Of a stretch of DNA of 64,000 bases, positions 9,951 to 23,625 are shown piece by piece. The notes under the pieces are model-generated. The model searched no databases. It saw only the letters and a program-made list of their open reading frames with translations, and was not told the DNA's origin. Made by a program: the position numbers and the translations under genes. Within the stretch, counting starts at the first letter, position 1. Each line of letters opens with the position of its first letter. Source of the DNA: Eledone cirrhosa (Eukaryota); assembly GCA_964016885.1 (NCBI GenBank), contig OZ024749.1:42036001-42100000 (forward strand). Direction: 5' to 3'.

Positions 9951-11320
9951 ATAAATACAACAAACCTTTAATTCCGTGACCGAATTAAACATTTCTCAGC
10001 TGCCACCTGGAAGCATGCAGCCATAATTGTCTTTCCAAACTTGTTATTTTATCATTTAATTCCTGCAAAATAAATAAACCCAACTTCTCCATCTCCGAAC
10101 TATTCTATCTATCCAGTAATATTAGTCTAAAGACCCTTCAGAAGGACCTTTTTCAGACAAGGAAGCCTGTGCAGTGCGTGAACAGGATTGATATGCGCAG
10201 CTGGTTTGGAAGTGGTATCAGGACTGGTGGGTGTAAAATCAGTTGACTAATTTGCAGACTACATGATGTTACTTAACTCGACAGAAGGTGATCTCCGACA
10301 TGCACCTGATAGGTTTGATGCTGAGTGTTAATTTGGAGATGTATCAGCTTCATCTTACTGGGTCATCTACCTTTACCTTCCATGATCTCCTGCATCATGG
10401 CCACCACCTCTCTCCTACTCTGTCTCCCCAGCTCACCCTATCTGCTCATCTCTTGACATAGCTGCATACTGTTCAGAGCCACCCTGCAATTGGATAGTGG
10501 ACCACCAATTTCCCACACATTGGTAAAAGTTCTCATCTGTCCTTCTGGCGGTTAACCCGAGCTTTTCTAAGTGGCCTGCCAACTTACATTGTTAGCAAAT
10601 TATATCTGAACACCTGCTATCGACTGCCATGCTCTTCTGGCCAGAAAGACTAAACAACACGAAATTCACGGCTGGAATATCTATGAACGAAAGGTCAACT
10701 TCGTTAGTCTGACATGACAGACACTGAGAAATGAATAAATAATATTACTCCCGGCACAACCCCACAAAACATACTATAAATAAAGACAATATCAAATAAA
10801 TGTTATCAAAGACCTTAGACAAACACCACCATATAAAAACAAGGGTAAAATAAACTTACATGAACTAAAATTTGTATTGAAGAAGTACTGGTTAGCTGGG
10901 ATGGCTGACAACGAAGTTCTATCGTTGTTGGTGGCTCGTTTGACTATAATATTACAGCACCTTAGCTTCACTATTACCTGCGACAATGTCGTGAATGTTT
11001 TGGTTTGCCATTAAAATTATTTAGAAGGAAACACCAATATTTTCTGTTGCAGTGTGTCATTAGGGGTGTGTATGTCTTCTCACGTTTTGTTTGTAATTTT
11101 TACCTTTCCTTATTTCTATAATTAATTTCTCTCTATATATATTTATATATATTTCATTTGTAAATCATATTGGTTAGATAAATTACTTACGTACGTTGAA
11201 ATAGTTAATATAATATAGAAAATCAAGTTTAGTTTTGTGATAATTACGTGAATGTCAAACTTTGAATTTCCCGGTCTTCATTACAAGTGCTAGCTTTCAA
11301 AGTTAACAACACATTCTCAG
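9950..11320 (-). ncRNA. Candidate spliced non-coding transcript (exons ~11320-11191, 11043 or 10977-10860, 10723-10588, 10062-~9950)
   Basis: Three GTAAGT donors (11190, 10859, 10587), pyrimidine-rich acceptors at 10724 and 10063, ATTAAA at 9972-9967; no continuous ORF. Confidence 0.4.
10170..10330 (+). mobile_element. Decayed RTE-clade reverse transcriptase fragment
   Basis: ...FADYMMLLNSTEGDLRHAPDRFDAEC resembles the FADD...DLQxALxRFAAEC block; contains a stop and a frameshift. Confidence 0.65.
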
Positions 11321-11697
11321 TCACGGTTTCGTATTTACGCAATGAAAATGTTTATTTAGTATAGTTAGTTTAGAATAAAATTTATCAAACAGATTTCTAT
11401 TTAATTATATAATTGTAGGCAATAGAAGATAATAAAATTAAGTTACGAAAGGGAGGGAGCAGCCAATCCTTGTCAGTGATGACCATAACTGGAACCCGAA
11501 ACGAAAGGTTGCGCATACATGATAAGTTGCCCCCTCACTTTCGTTACTTGTGTATGTATGCAAAAGGTAAACAGAAATAACATCACAATCGGTACAGTAT
11601 ATGGAAGGAATATATCAGGATGATGATGTAGTATAAGTTTAGTAGAAATATCCAAGGGCTTACAACACTCAGTCCATAGGACGAGTTAAGTATAATT

Positions 11698-11810
11698 AGT
11701 TACAACAGTGACATATACAGGTACTTAAGTTTGATTGGGTTCTACACCCCAAATCATTCAGCCTGTTATATAACGAAACTCAAGTCCCTGTATATGTCAC
11801 TGTTGTAACT
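11698..11810. repeat. 35-bp inverted repeat (MITE-like hairpin)
   Basis: 11698-11732 matches the reverse complement of 11776-11810 at 33/35. Confidence 0.85.
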
Positions 11811-11939
11811 CATACATATATATCGTTTGAGAAACGGTATTTTACACATATATATATGTACAAAATACTTTCACGTGAAAGGCTAATAAAGATTGGCTAT
11901 TTTATTTATAGTCAATAGCCTGTCTTCCATCACTATGTA

Positions 11940-12292
11940 GTTTTCTTCGGTGGTGGCAGTTGCAGGATGTCCAGACCTTGGGTTATCTTAAGTCTCTCCC
12001 TTCCACTCCTAAATTCAGCTGTCCACATTTGCACTGTTGATAAAGCTGAAGCGTCATCCATTAATCAAGTAACCATATCAGCATGAATGTCTTTGGGAGC
12101 CAAACCCTTTTTCTGAAGGTACTTCATTACACCATGATGCCCAATTTTGTCTATTTTCAAAAAAAGTCACTATTAGTTACTTTTGAAGTCTTCTTTGAAC
12201 AGTCAAATGTCAGTTTACCAGGAAAGAAACAATGTAGTTATTAATAAGAACAGTTGAAATTAATGCATACAAGATTTCACAGCTCTAGCATC
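11940..12292 (-). mobile_element. mariner transposase N-terminal (HTH) remnant
   Basis: DKIGHHGVMKYLQKKGLAPKDIHADMVT*...LSTVQMWTAEFRSGRE...PRSGHP; related terminal sequence at 51640-51945. Confidence 0.8.
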
Positions 12293-12502
12293 ATTTCCTA
12301 TATATAAATATATATAGAGAGAGAAAGGAAGGTACAAACTCAACTGCAATGCCAAGCAGTTTCGACTTGTGTTCAGCAAGCTTTTTCAAGGGTGTAGTAG
12401 ACTCTGCATTTTCCCATGCATTGAGTACCCTCATGATTTGTGGTCTCTCCAGTCTTAGCATTGTAGATTCTCTCTCTCTATATATATATATCAGAGACGT
12501 GC

Positions 12503-14319
12503 AACCAAGCGCATACCCTCCATCCAGGGATCTACCATACTCTGAACGCCTTGCTTCCCTGGGCATGGATTCATTGAAGCTCCGACGTCTGGCAATGGAC
12601 TTGGTAAACACCCACAAAGTTAGTAACCATCTCGCCAACAACAACCCTGAGCACCTTTTTGATCTCCATGTGTCTAACACACGTGGACATGCCTTCAAAA
12701 TCAGAACAGCTCCCATGACTTTCGTAAACATTTTTTCACGCTCAGAGTTGCTGAAGCATGGAACAAACTGCCTGCTTCAGTTGTTAGCTGCTGAGAAACT
12801 GCATCCTTTAAAACCCTCATGCTTCCCGAAATACGACAAAACTACACCTGATGTACCCCTTCCATACACATGCACACATGTGTATATCATGACTCATGCA
12901 GTTCATTTTCCTGACGTTTGTACATTACCCTATGTACTATACATACACTTTTGATGAGTTGAAGTGCACCTGAGCACTGTACACATATATGAACACTGAA
13001 CACTGTGCATATATGAACACATATGCACACACACACACACACACACTTATATACACATATATATATATATATATATATATGAAATGGCTGTTCTAGTGAT
13101 GTGTTTTCTTATTCAGAGACATTGTTTATATATATACACACACACACACTTATATACATATATATATGTACTAAAAAGAACACTGTTTAAAGTTTCAGTT
13201 ACCTTTATTCATAGAATACTGGAAACAAATCCAAGTTGAAAGTTTTGGCTGATGTGGTAAAAATAAAAATTAAAAAATTGAAAAAAAAAAAAACTTTAAT
13301 GACAATGCTTACAGAAAAAATGGCGGCGGTGTGGGTGTGGGGTTTAAGAGTGTAGGAGGAAGAATGAGGTGGAGTGTGGGTAAAGGAGGGGTGTTGGTGG
13401 TGGTGAGAGGTTATCTCCCACCACTCTACCCCACTCTGACTTCTCAACATTTTTCTTTTCATTGATGAAGTTCCTTCGAGAAAAAAAAGGGTTTTCAGTT
13501 TTTCTTGTTAATTTATTTTTTTATATTTATTTTAACATTTTTTTTTATTTAACACAATTTTCTTTTATTTAACACAATTCTTTTTTAATTTAACACAGTT
13601 TTTTTTTCTGTTAGAACATAACTTAAGACAGACATTACTTAGTTTATATTTAACACATAATTTTAGTTATATTTCAAATATAACTTCAGTGTATATTTAA
13701 GACACAAACACAAACATAAGCATTAGAAGAGGGTTGGTCGGCCAAGAATGACACAATCATCTAGAAATACCCTGAAGCAGTTTACAAATGTAACATTTAT
13801 TTGGTAAATAATATACTTATTCTCTTAAGTCTTCCCACACTTTGGGGTACACAAGGCAGCAAGCCTCTGCCAGTATTATCGATCTTCCATGGCCAGTTGT
13901 AAGCCTGGTCAAGAAAGGAGGAAGTTTAGGCGTCGGGCTAGCAGCCTGTCCCTATATAAAAAAAAAGCCCCTAACAACCGCTAAAGAAACAGCAAGCAAA
14001 TCTCCACAAGAAATCATATACAGTCACAGAGATATCGTTCAACCATTTTTTTTACAATTCTTTATATTTTTTATTTATATATATTTTGGCATTTTTATAG
14101 AAATTTAAAACAAAACAAAACAATACAAATTAAAAGACATAACAAAATAAAAAAGTGTTTTTGTTTTTCTGTATAACCTTGGGTTAAATTGGTCAATTTG
14201 TTGTTGTTATTGTTATCATTAAATGAGATAAGGTGAGTGTGGAAAAGGGTGAATGAGAGGATGAAGGAGCAAGTATTTGACCAGGGATTGCCCAAACTTT
14301 TTAGACAATCGACCCCTTC
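12503..14319 (-). repeat. Right arm of the large inverted duplication (includes a CR1 fragment at ~12495-12990 on +)
   Basis: Reverse complement of 4767-6516. Confidence 0.97.
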
Positions 14320-14734
14320 AGGAAATCCTTGACCCCCACCCTCTTCATCGACCATTGGTATGTACAAAAATAAATAAGTAAATAAATAAATTAGTAAACA
14401 GAATATAAAATAAAATAGACAATAAACACTAATTATATGTAAATTAGGAACCCGAATAATTAAGTTATAATTTATTGTCTTATTATTTTTGGAGGTGGTT
14501 TTCATTTACAACAGTCAGGTTTTGGCCCCAAAATTCAATCAATCCCCTGGGTGGTACCATCTACCCCCTGAGAAAGGAGTTGGTATCAACCAGCTCTGAG
14601 GACTTCTGAATTGGAATATTTGAGCAGGAAGGGGAGTGGTGGTGGTGGTAGGGGGAGGACAGTGTGTGATTATGGGTGGGATACACTACCAGAAATGTAT
14701 TACAATCTGTTACGGGGTGGGGAGATGGTAGATA

Positions 14735-15315
14735 TAATTGTTTCTACTTTAGGCACAAGGCCAACAATTTGAAGGGGAAGGGAAAGTCGATTAAATTGAC
14801 CCCAGTGCGTCACTGGTACTTTATTTTACCAACCCCAAAGCTAAACTCGGCAGGATTTAATAATAATAATAATGATTTCTGATTTAGGCACAAGGCCAAC
14901 AATTTGTGTGGAAGGGAAAGTCAATTACATCAACCCCAGTATGGGACTGGTACTTTATTTTATCAATCCCGTAAGGATGAAAGGCAAAGTTGACCTCGGC
15001 GGGATTTGAACTCAGAAAGTAAGGAGCTATAACAAATACTCCATTTGTTTGACACTCCACCAGTTCTGCTAATTCCATCATCAATAACAATAATGGTTTC
15101 TTATATAGGCACAAGGCCAGCAATTTGAATGGGAGGGGAAAGTCGATTAAATCGACCCCAGTGCATTACTGGTGCTTTATCTTATCAACCCTGTAAGGAT
15201 GAAAGGCAAAGCTAACCTAGGCAGGATTTGAACTTAGAACGTTAAAGGGCCATAACTATATGCCACAAAGCATGGTGTCCGACACTACCAATTCTGCCAA
15301 TCCACCACCCTTTTA
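14735..15315 (-). mobile_element. Three tandem copies of a Nin-domain-like SINE; others at ~8285-8460, 24866-25230, 29430-29890, 32920-33030 (-) and 57470-57690, 57900-58050 (+)
   Basis: Shared GAGTTCAAATCCCGCCGAGGTCAACTTTGCCTTTCATCC...TAAAGTACCAGT core with (ATT)n tails. Confidence 0.8.
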
Positions 15316-18300
15316 ATAATAACAATAATAATAATACTAATAATGATAAAGAAAATATATTTAATATAGATATATATAAAAATAAAACAGCAAAAGAAAA
15401 AATGATTATTTTGTAAAGAATATTTTTGTTCAACCATGTGTGAGTTAGTAGGTGGAATGAGGAATGGGAGATGGGGAGTAGAATTTATATTAAAAAATGT
15501 TATTGTTATATTTTGGGAAGGTCAATTAAAACACACCCACCCAGTTGAGTTTCACTTCAGGTTTATTAATCAGGTAATTAATTCATCGTTTAACTAATGA
15601 ATTTATGGTCAAATGACATTTTAATGGGCCTTAGAAATGCTGCTTGGCAGTCTCCATCTCTACAAATCTCTTTATATCTCAACATATCTATTTCAATACA
15701 CAATTTCACATCAAGAATCTTGCAAAACAAATTTAATATTTTAATTAACTTTTAATTAATTTTGTAATGAAATATGGTAGCTAGAAGTGGCTATGTTGGA
15801 TGTTGGTTATAATAGCAGTGATAAAGCACTCAGTACAACAATAAATATAAACACCATCTCAATTATATCTTCTATCACCTTTCAGCTATAGTTTGTGCCC
15901 AGCAAATTCAGCAGTTTAATCCTTTAAATACCAGCCCTGATACTATGATACAAAGTGTTTACGTTATTTAAAAACCATCCATCATAATTTTATGTAATAA
16001 CCTCTGTTAAGCTATAGTCCAAACATGACAGCTGATCATGAGAAATATTACTAAATATCTCTAAACTCTTAATTACTAAAAAGAAAAATATTTCATAATC
16101 CTAGGTAGTATCTTCCACAAGAAATATGATCATGAAAGGGTTGTTTTTATATTTTTCTAGAACTTTCCATCATAATTTTATTTAAGAATCTTTAAGTTAT
16201 GCTCCAAACACCAGTTTAATAATAAGAAAGCTATAATTATGAAATCCCTTTAAAAAAAAAATCATTTGAAAATTATAGGCAGCATTTTGCATAAGAAATA
16301 TGGTAAGGAAAGGGTTAAATTTTGACAGGCCTAAAGGAAAGACAAAGATTCAAGAATGAGAGTGTATGTGGTTCCTGCCTTTTTAGGGGAAGGAAAAAAT
16401 GAAAATTGATGCATGTGTTATCCTTGAGTAAAGGGACTTGATGACACAAGTGAAGAAGTGAAACAACTATAACTGGGAAGGAAAGCTAAATTACAGACTG
16501 GTAGCTTACTGGGCAGATTTACAATGTATTATACAGTTTTAATCAATAGTTATTAAATACTAATTAACAGCTTCTTATTAAAAAGTTTTTACTGATGTTT
16601 TATATTTTGATGACCAGTTTGTGTGATATTAATTAGATGATGGCCAATTTAAGGCACCTTAGCTCTTTCACACATACAACACCTGTCCCTCTATAACACA
16701 CATACACATATTACCTCTCACTCTCTCACACATACACGTATTACCTCTCACACACATACATGTATTACCTCTCATTCTCTCACACACACATACACTTATT
16801 ACCTCTCACACACATACACATATTACCTCTCACTCTCACACATACTACCTCTCACTCTCTCTCACACACATACACGTATTACCTCTCATTCTCTCACACA
16901 CACATACACTTATTACCTCTCACACACATACACATATTACCTCTCACACACACATACACATATTACCTCTCTCACACACACACATACTCAAGTGTTCTTG
17001 CCTGTCTCTCACATATTCTACCTCACTTTCACACACACATACGCATACTACCCTGAACTTTCTCCCTCGCCCACACTACTCTCTTTCACTCTCTCTCTCT
17101 CTCTCTCTCTCCCTATCTATATATCTTTCTGTAGCTCTCTTTCTCTCCTTTCTCTAAACCATTTACGACAGCGTTTTGTTTTTAAAAAAAAAAAAAAACT
17201 ACCATTTTGCGTGCTTAGTGCTGAACTGTAGCAATTGATCAACCAAAAAACACAAAAAATAAACAAAACAACCAATAAATACAATCACACAAGCGACTAA
17301 CATGAATTAATGGACTGGACTATTTATTGGAACCTAACAGATTTATAGTAGAAGAATTAACGTAGGTGGTGGCTGTCATTTAACTTTTAACATCCCGAAA
17401 TGATCTGATTGAAAATATCTAAAAGTGGGTTTGTAAATTCAAATGTTTATAGTATCTTTACTTGGGAACAGATCTTTCTTAAAATTTGTAGTATTCATCA
17501 TCATTGTTTAATGTCCATTTTCCATGCTAGCATGAGTAGGACTAAAATTTGATGCTAATAGAGGTTCCAGTGAGTTTCGAGCTAACGACCTTCTGCAGGT
17601 GAAGCAGATGTGATAACCACACATCTCTTAATATCCTGTAATGATTTAGAAAATATCTAAAAATGAGTTTGGTAATTCAAATGTTTATAGTATCTTTACT
17701 AGTGGACAGATTTTTCTGAAAATTTGCAATAAGCTAAAGTAAAGACTTAAATTGTTAATGAGATGCGGTCATTTTACACTTTTTAGGAATGTCTTGGTAA
17801 TGCTGCTTCGTGTGGTACAGGGCGTTAAAAGTTTTAAATAGTGCTGGTGGAACATTAGCTAAGAAATCATTTTTAAGATTTCAGCTTTCAAAAACAACCA
17901 TCTATTAAATACTTCCAAAATTACAAAAACTTGAACCTTGAGGTGAAGCACTAAGGTTCTGGGATGAGAGTTTCTTTAAAAAAAAAAAACAGATTTCACA
18001 CAATGACAAGATACAAGATAAAAGATATACTGTGTATACTTGTGTATAAATCACACCTCCATTTTACAAACAACATTTACAATGTACCACATATTTTGAA
18101 TTAAGGGTTTGTAGGTCCTATAGATAAGTCACATGGTGGTTTTTTTGTGTATTTTTGTTGAAAAAGGTATAAGTTACAGCATAATATATATATATATATA
18201 TATGAACTCAGAATGTAGAAAGCCAGAACAAAATAGCGCAAAGCAATTGGACAAGCCAAGACAATAAGAAAGTGTAGTTGTGATATTAAAATAAAAAATA

Positions 18301-18459
18301 ACCTGAAATTCACCGATTCTCCCAACTAAAAGGCAATGAAGGGATATAAAGTGTTTTTGTTGTGGAGATTTTGATGATAGGAGGGCGAGATTTTTGTAAG
18401 GGCAAAGTCTTTTTTTTTTTTTTGGCAAGATATTAATATATTAATTCTTAGAGCACTGA

Positions 18460-19030
18460 CACACTAATATATTGGCCTTGAAAACAGCCAAAAACACTAC
18501 TTGTGGAGGAGATATATTGGTCTGATAATATAGCCAAAAACACTACATGTGGAGATATATCAGCCTTGAAAATAGCCAAAAAGCACTACATGTGGAGGAG
18601 ATATATCGGCCTTGAAAACATAGCCAAATTACTACATGTGGAGGTATAATGGTTCTGAAAACATAGCCAAAACACTGCATGTGGAGATATATCGGCCTTG
18701 GAAACAGCCAAAAACACTACATGTGAAGATATATTAGCCTTGAGAACATAGCCAAAATCACTACATTGGGCATTTTATTGGCCTTGATAATGTAGACACT
18801 ACATGGACAATATATTAGTTGGATATCATAGCCCAAAATACTACATGTGTGAGATAGATCGGCCTTGATAATGTAGACAAAAACACTACATGGGCAGGTG
18901 ATATATAACCAGAAACTCCATGGGTGATATGTTGGCTATGATAACGTAACCCAAAACACTACATAACCAACTTTGATAATGTAGACAAAAACACATGGAG
19001 CAATATATCGGTCTCAATAATGTAGCCCAC
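18460..19030. repeat. ~38-40 bp minisatellite
   Basis: Unit resembling TAGCCAAAAACACTACATGTGGAGATATATCGGCCTTGAAAA. Confidence 0.9.
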
Positions 19031-20491
19031 CCACCCTAAAAAAAAAACCCAATGGATGATACATTGGCCTAAAAATGTAATATTGATCTATTGATTTTGA
19101 CAAATAGTGTTTTTGTTTTTTGTTGTTTTTTGTTGTATTTTTTTTTTTTTTTTTTTTTGCTATATACTCAAAAAAGCAACCCATAGCACTAAATTTAAAA
19201 TAAAGAAAAGAAAAAAAAAGGTATTTAATTTATTGGTATTGCTTAATATCACTTTAGCAATATGAAGAAAATAGGGGTGGGTCTAAAGAGGGCGGGAGGA
19301 TATAAAAAAAATTTTTTTTAAATGTTAAAAATACAAATAGGGGTGCTACAAAAATTCTCACTCAAATAAATGAATAGATTAATATATAACTGAAGAGGAA
19401 GTCACTATGGGTGAACTAAGGTGATTTAGGGCATGAGAGAGAGAGAGTTTGATTATTTCAAATGAAAAAATCTAGAGGAGAACTTAATTATAAAAATAGT
19501 TTTGCAGATGATTGAATTAAAGAGCTCTCATTTCAGTTGATTAAATTAAAGAGCTCTTGTTTCAGTTTTGTTTTGATCAGGAGAGAAACAGAGCACCAAT
19601 ATGTTTGAATAAAAATAAAAATTATCACAACAAAAACATACACAAAACAAATAATGACCTTCCCCCCACCCCCTTATTTGTGAGGGACATAATTAAGGGG
19701 GAGATGTTTTCAGTATAAAAATTTAACCGACAACAAAAAAAAAAAAAAAAAAAAATCACTATAAAAAGGAAGGAATCCTATTGGCAATTTATTTCTAACA
19801 GGATTACTGAAAGAGTGTAGGTGTTGTATGGTCTTGGTTTTAGTGCCAAGGTGTTTTTTTATGTTGTAAAATGTTTTTTAAAAATAGGCCATGAAGACGA
19901 GACAGATTTGTTTTAGCAAACCAACCAAGAGTGGAATCAATTTAACTTTAGCGTGAAGTGAGAAAGTAACAGCAATCATGTATAAGTTGCACTAACAGAT
20001 AAACCATGCTGGTGTATACGTTGCACCTCCATTTTACATACCACATTCTTAGTTCAATACTTGATACATATGTAAGGGTTTTTTTTTAAAGGTCTATTAG
20101 ACAAGTTGCATGCTTGTTTTGATGTGCTTTTGTTTGTTTTTTTTATGAGAAAGGTGCAACTTATTCACTGTGATATAGACAATTTCACACACTGCATATA
20201 TTTGTGTACATACAACAAACATTCTTGGCTCAGTATTTGACTCACAAAAGCTTTTTATAGGTTCAGTAAATATCCCACATGGTGAGTTTTATATGAGTGT
20301 ACAACTTATACATGATTATATCTGATACTCTAACAATTGTCAGCAAAATAGAAACATTTAAAGCCATTGTTACACATAGATATAGTTTCTGTTCAATCGA
20401 CTTTATATATTTTAGTGAACACAACAAAAAGTAATATATATATAGAGAGAGAGGGAGAGTGCAAGTGATATGTGTGTGTGTGTGTGTATAT

Positions 20492-20537
<46 letters not shown>

Positions 20538-20819
20538 GAACAGAAATATTGCATGATGGGACAACATATATTTGCTGTAGTATTTTAGATACAATGGAAA
20601 CGAGGCATCACTGTAGTGTTGTCAACAGTTTAAACTATTATTATTATTACACCGGTTAAAAAAAGACTTGAATAATCCAAACAAGATTGGCTTCATTTTT
20701 TTTAAAAGTTAAACATTTTGAGACAAATAAAAAAAAAAAAAATACAATCTCAAATGAAAAAAAACGTCATATAATTTCAACAAAAAAACAAAACAAAGTA
20801 TTTTGTTTATAACATGTCA

Positions 20820-21430
20820 TCCACCCTGTGTAAGGTGGATATTAATGGAGTAGGCTGTATATTACACCCTGTGTAGGGTAGATAGTAATGGAGTAGGTTG
20901 TAGATTACACCCTGTGTAGAGTAGGTATTAATGGAGTAGGTTGTAGCATCTACTGTGTAGGGTAGATATTACTGTAGGAACTTGTAACATCCATCCTGTG
21001 TATGGATGGATATTAATGGAGTAAGTTTTAACATCTACCCTGTGTAGGGTAGATATTAATGAAGTAAGTTGTAACATCTACAGCATATAGGGTGGATATT
21101 AATAGAGTAGGTTGTAGTATAGGGTGGATATTGATGAAGTAGGTTGTAGTGTAGGGTGGATATTGATGAAGTAGGTTGTAGTGTAGGGTGGATATTAATA
21201 GAGTAGGTTGTAGTGTAGGGTGGATATTGATGAAGTAGGTTGTAGTGTAGGGTGGATATTGATGAAGTAGGTTGTAGTGTAGGGTGGATATTGATGGAGT
21301 AGGTTGTAGTGTAGGGTGGATGTTGATGGAGTTGGTTGCAGCATCTTCCTTGTGTAGGGAGGATGTTACTATAGGAACTTGTAGCATCTACCCTGTGTAT
21401 GGGGTGGATATTCATGGGCTAGGTTGTAGT
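20820..21430. repeat. Minisatellite with a 32-bp core unit
   Basis: GTAGGGTGGATATTGATGAAGTAGGTTGTAGT repeated. Confidence 0.92.
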
Positions 21431-23264
21431 AAACAATAGCAAGGCAATCTGGCAACTTGACCAGTAACAACCACATCAACAGTACAGTACCTACAACACT
21501 GACCAGTTGTAACAAAGTAAAATAACCACACATGGACACATGTAGCAAACAATATCACACTGAAGCATGTAGCTAAACTTCCTATGAATACATATAGTAG
21601 AGCCAGGTGGGCACATGCAGCCAAACCACATGACAAACATGGGGTAGAATGACATGGTAGACATGCAACAGGATCACATGGTAAACATGTGGCAGATACA
21701 TGCAGCTAACCCACAGACATAACAACATCACACATTCACATGTAACACAAAACCACATGGTCACATGTAGCTGCAAATAGTAATGAACTGCATAGACCCC
21801 AAATCTGAGTTGAAGACTTCCACAGAGTCCCCCCCCCCCCCCCCCCACATCAATATATATATTTGTATAGTCCAATGTGTACACTTCATTTTATAAGACA
21901 ATAAGGTGTAATTTAAGGGAGAAGAGGCTGCTGTTTCTAGCCAATGTAGTGACTAAATAGAGGCTGTCTCATGGGATGATTCATTTGTTTGAAATAGATG
22001 TAGAATGCTGCTGAAATTCATGAATATAATCCCATCCCAGCCACTATGAGCCATCTTGTCCGACATGTCTCTTCTTTATATTTTAAGAATGTACTGCGTG
22101 ATTTGAGGCAGATTTGGCTGCTATTTCTAACCAGCCAGTCGAGCAGACAAACAGTGGTTGTGGCTGTGAAGAAAAAATATTATTAGTCTTGTAGGAAATG
22201 TTATTTGTGGTGGGCTACATCCACTCCAGGTATATATATATATCTCATTTCCTCAACAATATATAAGGAGTTTACTATTTTGATACCAAATAGCTTGAAA
22301 TCACTCCTGATTCTATGATACAAAACTTTATTTTAAAGAGTTTATATTTATTTAAAAGCTCCCATTGTTATTTTACATAATAAAGTTTGTTAAATTATAT
22401 TTCAAACACCATCTTAATAATGATAAAGTTAATTATATTATAAAATGCTTCCAAATTCTTAATTATTTTCAAAATTATAGGCAGTGTTTGTCATTAGGAA
22501 TATGGTAATGAAAAGTTTAAAGATAAGCAGTGTCTGTCATTAGAAATATGGTTAAGACAGCGTTCATCTTACTCTTTTCGGAAGTAATGAGACATTACTA
22601 TGAAGATTAGAATTATTTTAACAAGATGCAGCATTTTCACACAAAAAAATTAAATATGTTGTTTAAGAAATTGGAATTAACGAGTATCAGAAATAGGTGA
22701 TAGGAGATAGACTGATGTCCCATCCAGTGGGGGTTGTCTTGTATTGGCAGTTGCTTAACACTTGATGAAATAGAAATAAGCTCCAGTTTTATGAACCTCG
22801 GGGGTTCAGACAAACTTTTAAACAATGTAATTCTATGTTAACATTTTGTTTGGAAGTCTCCCATTAAAAACAACTGAATTCCCTGTTAATGTTGTTTACT
22901 ATAATTCCATTCTCATCTACAATGCTTTATAACAATATTAAATCTTTTCTATGTTTCATCTACCAGTCATTCATCTCACAACTTCACTTTTCTCTCTACT
23001 GACCACTGGCCATTGATTTCTATCAGATGTATTTTTACCCAACATAAACACTGTCATTGACAGTGTTTGACTATTTTAACAGCTATTCTTGTGTTCAAGT
23101 TTACAAATTATTTCTATGAATATTAAATTTATTTTATTGACCCTTAAAAATGAAAAGTAAATTTGACCTCAGTGGAATTTAATCTGAAAAAGGGTCATAA
23201 CAAAACACCACAGGTATTTATGTTGTACTACAGGTGCTAATGATTCATCATCCCAGGTTGGGGG

Positions 23265-23625
23265 TCATCTCAGACCATGTCAGTAATTAATTAGCGCCAC
23301 TGACCTCTTGTTAGGTGAAGAAACTTCCTAGGTGTTACTACCTAACCCACTGTGATACCAGAGCTACGTGGGGCCACGGGGCCTTCATCACAGACCAAGT
23401 TAGTAATCAATTAGCGCCACTGACATCCCGTTAGGAGGTGAAGTAACTCCACAGGTGTTACGACCCAACCAACTGTGACATCAGAGCTACTTAGGGCCAC
23501 AGAGATGTCATCTCAGACCAAGTCAGCAATCAATTAAAGCCACTGACATCTTGTTAGGAGGTGAAGTAACTAAGTAGATGTTACTACCTATCCCACTGTG
23601 ACACCAAAGCTACTTGGGACCACAA
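23265..23625. repeat. Three diverged ~120-125 bp tandem units
   Basis: TCATCTCAGACCA...GCCACTGAC...GGTGAAG...CCACTGTGA...GAGCTAC occurs three times. Confidence 0.85.

Noticed and set aside
18460-19030. Regularly spaced repeats suggestive of a CRISPR array
   Set aside because: Eukaryotic context, no unique spacers, no cas genes; a plain minisatellite
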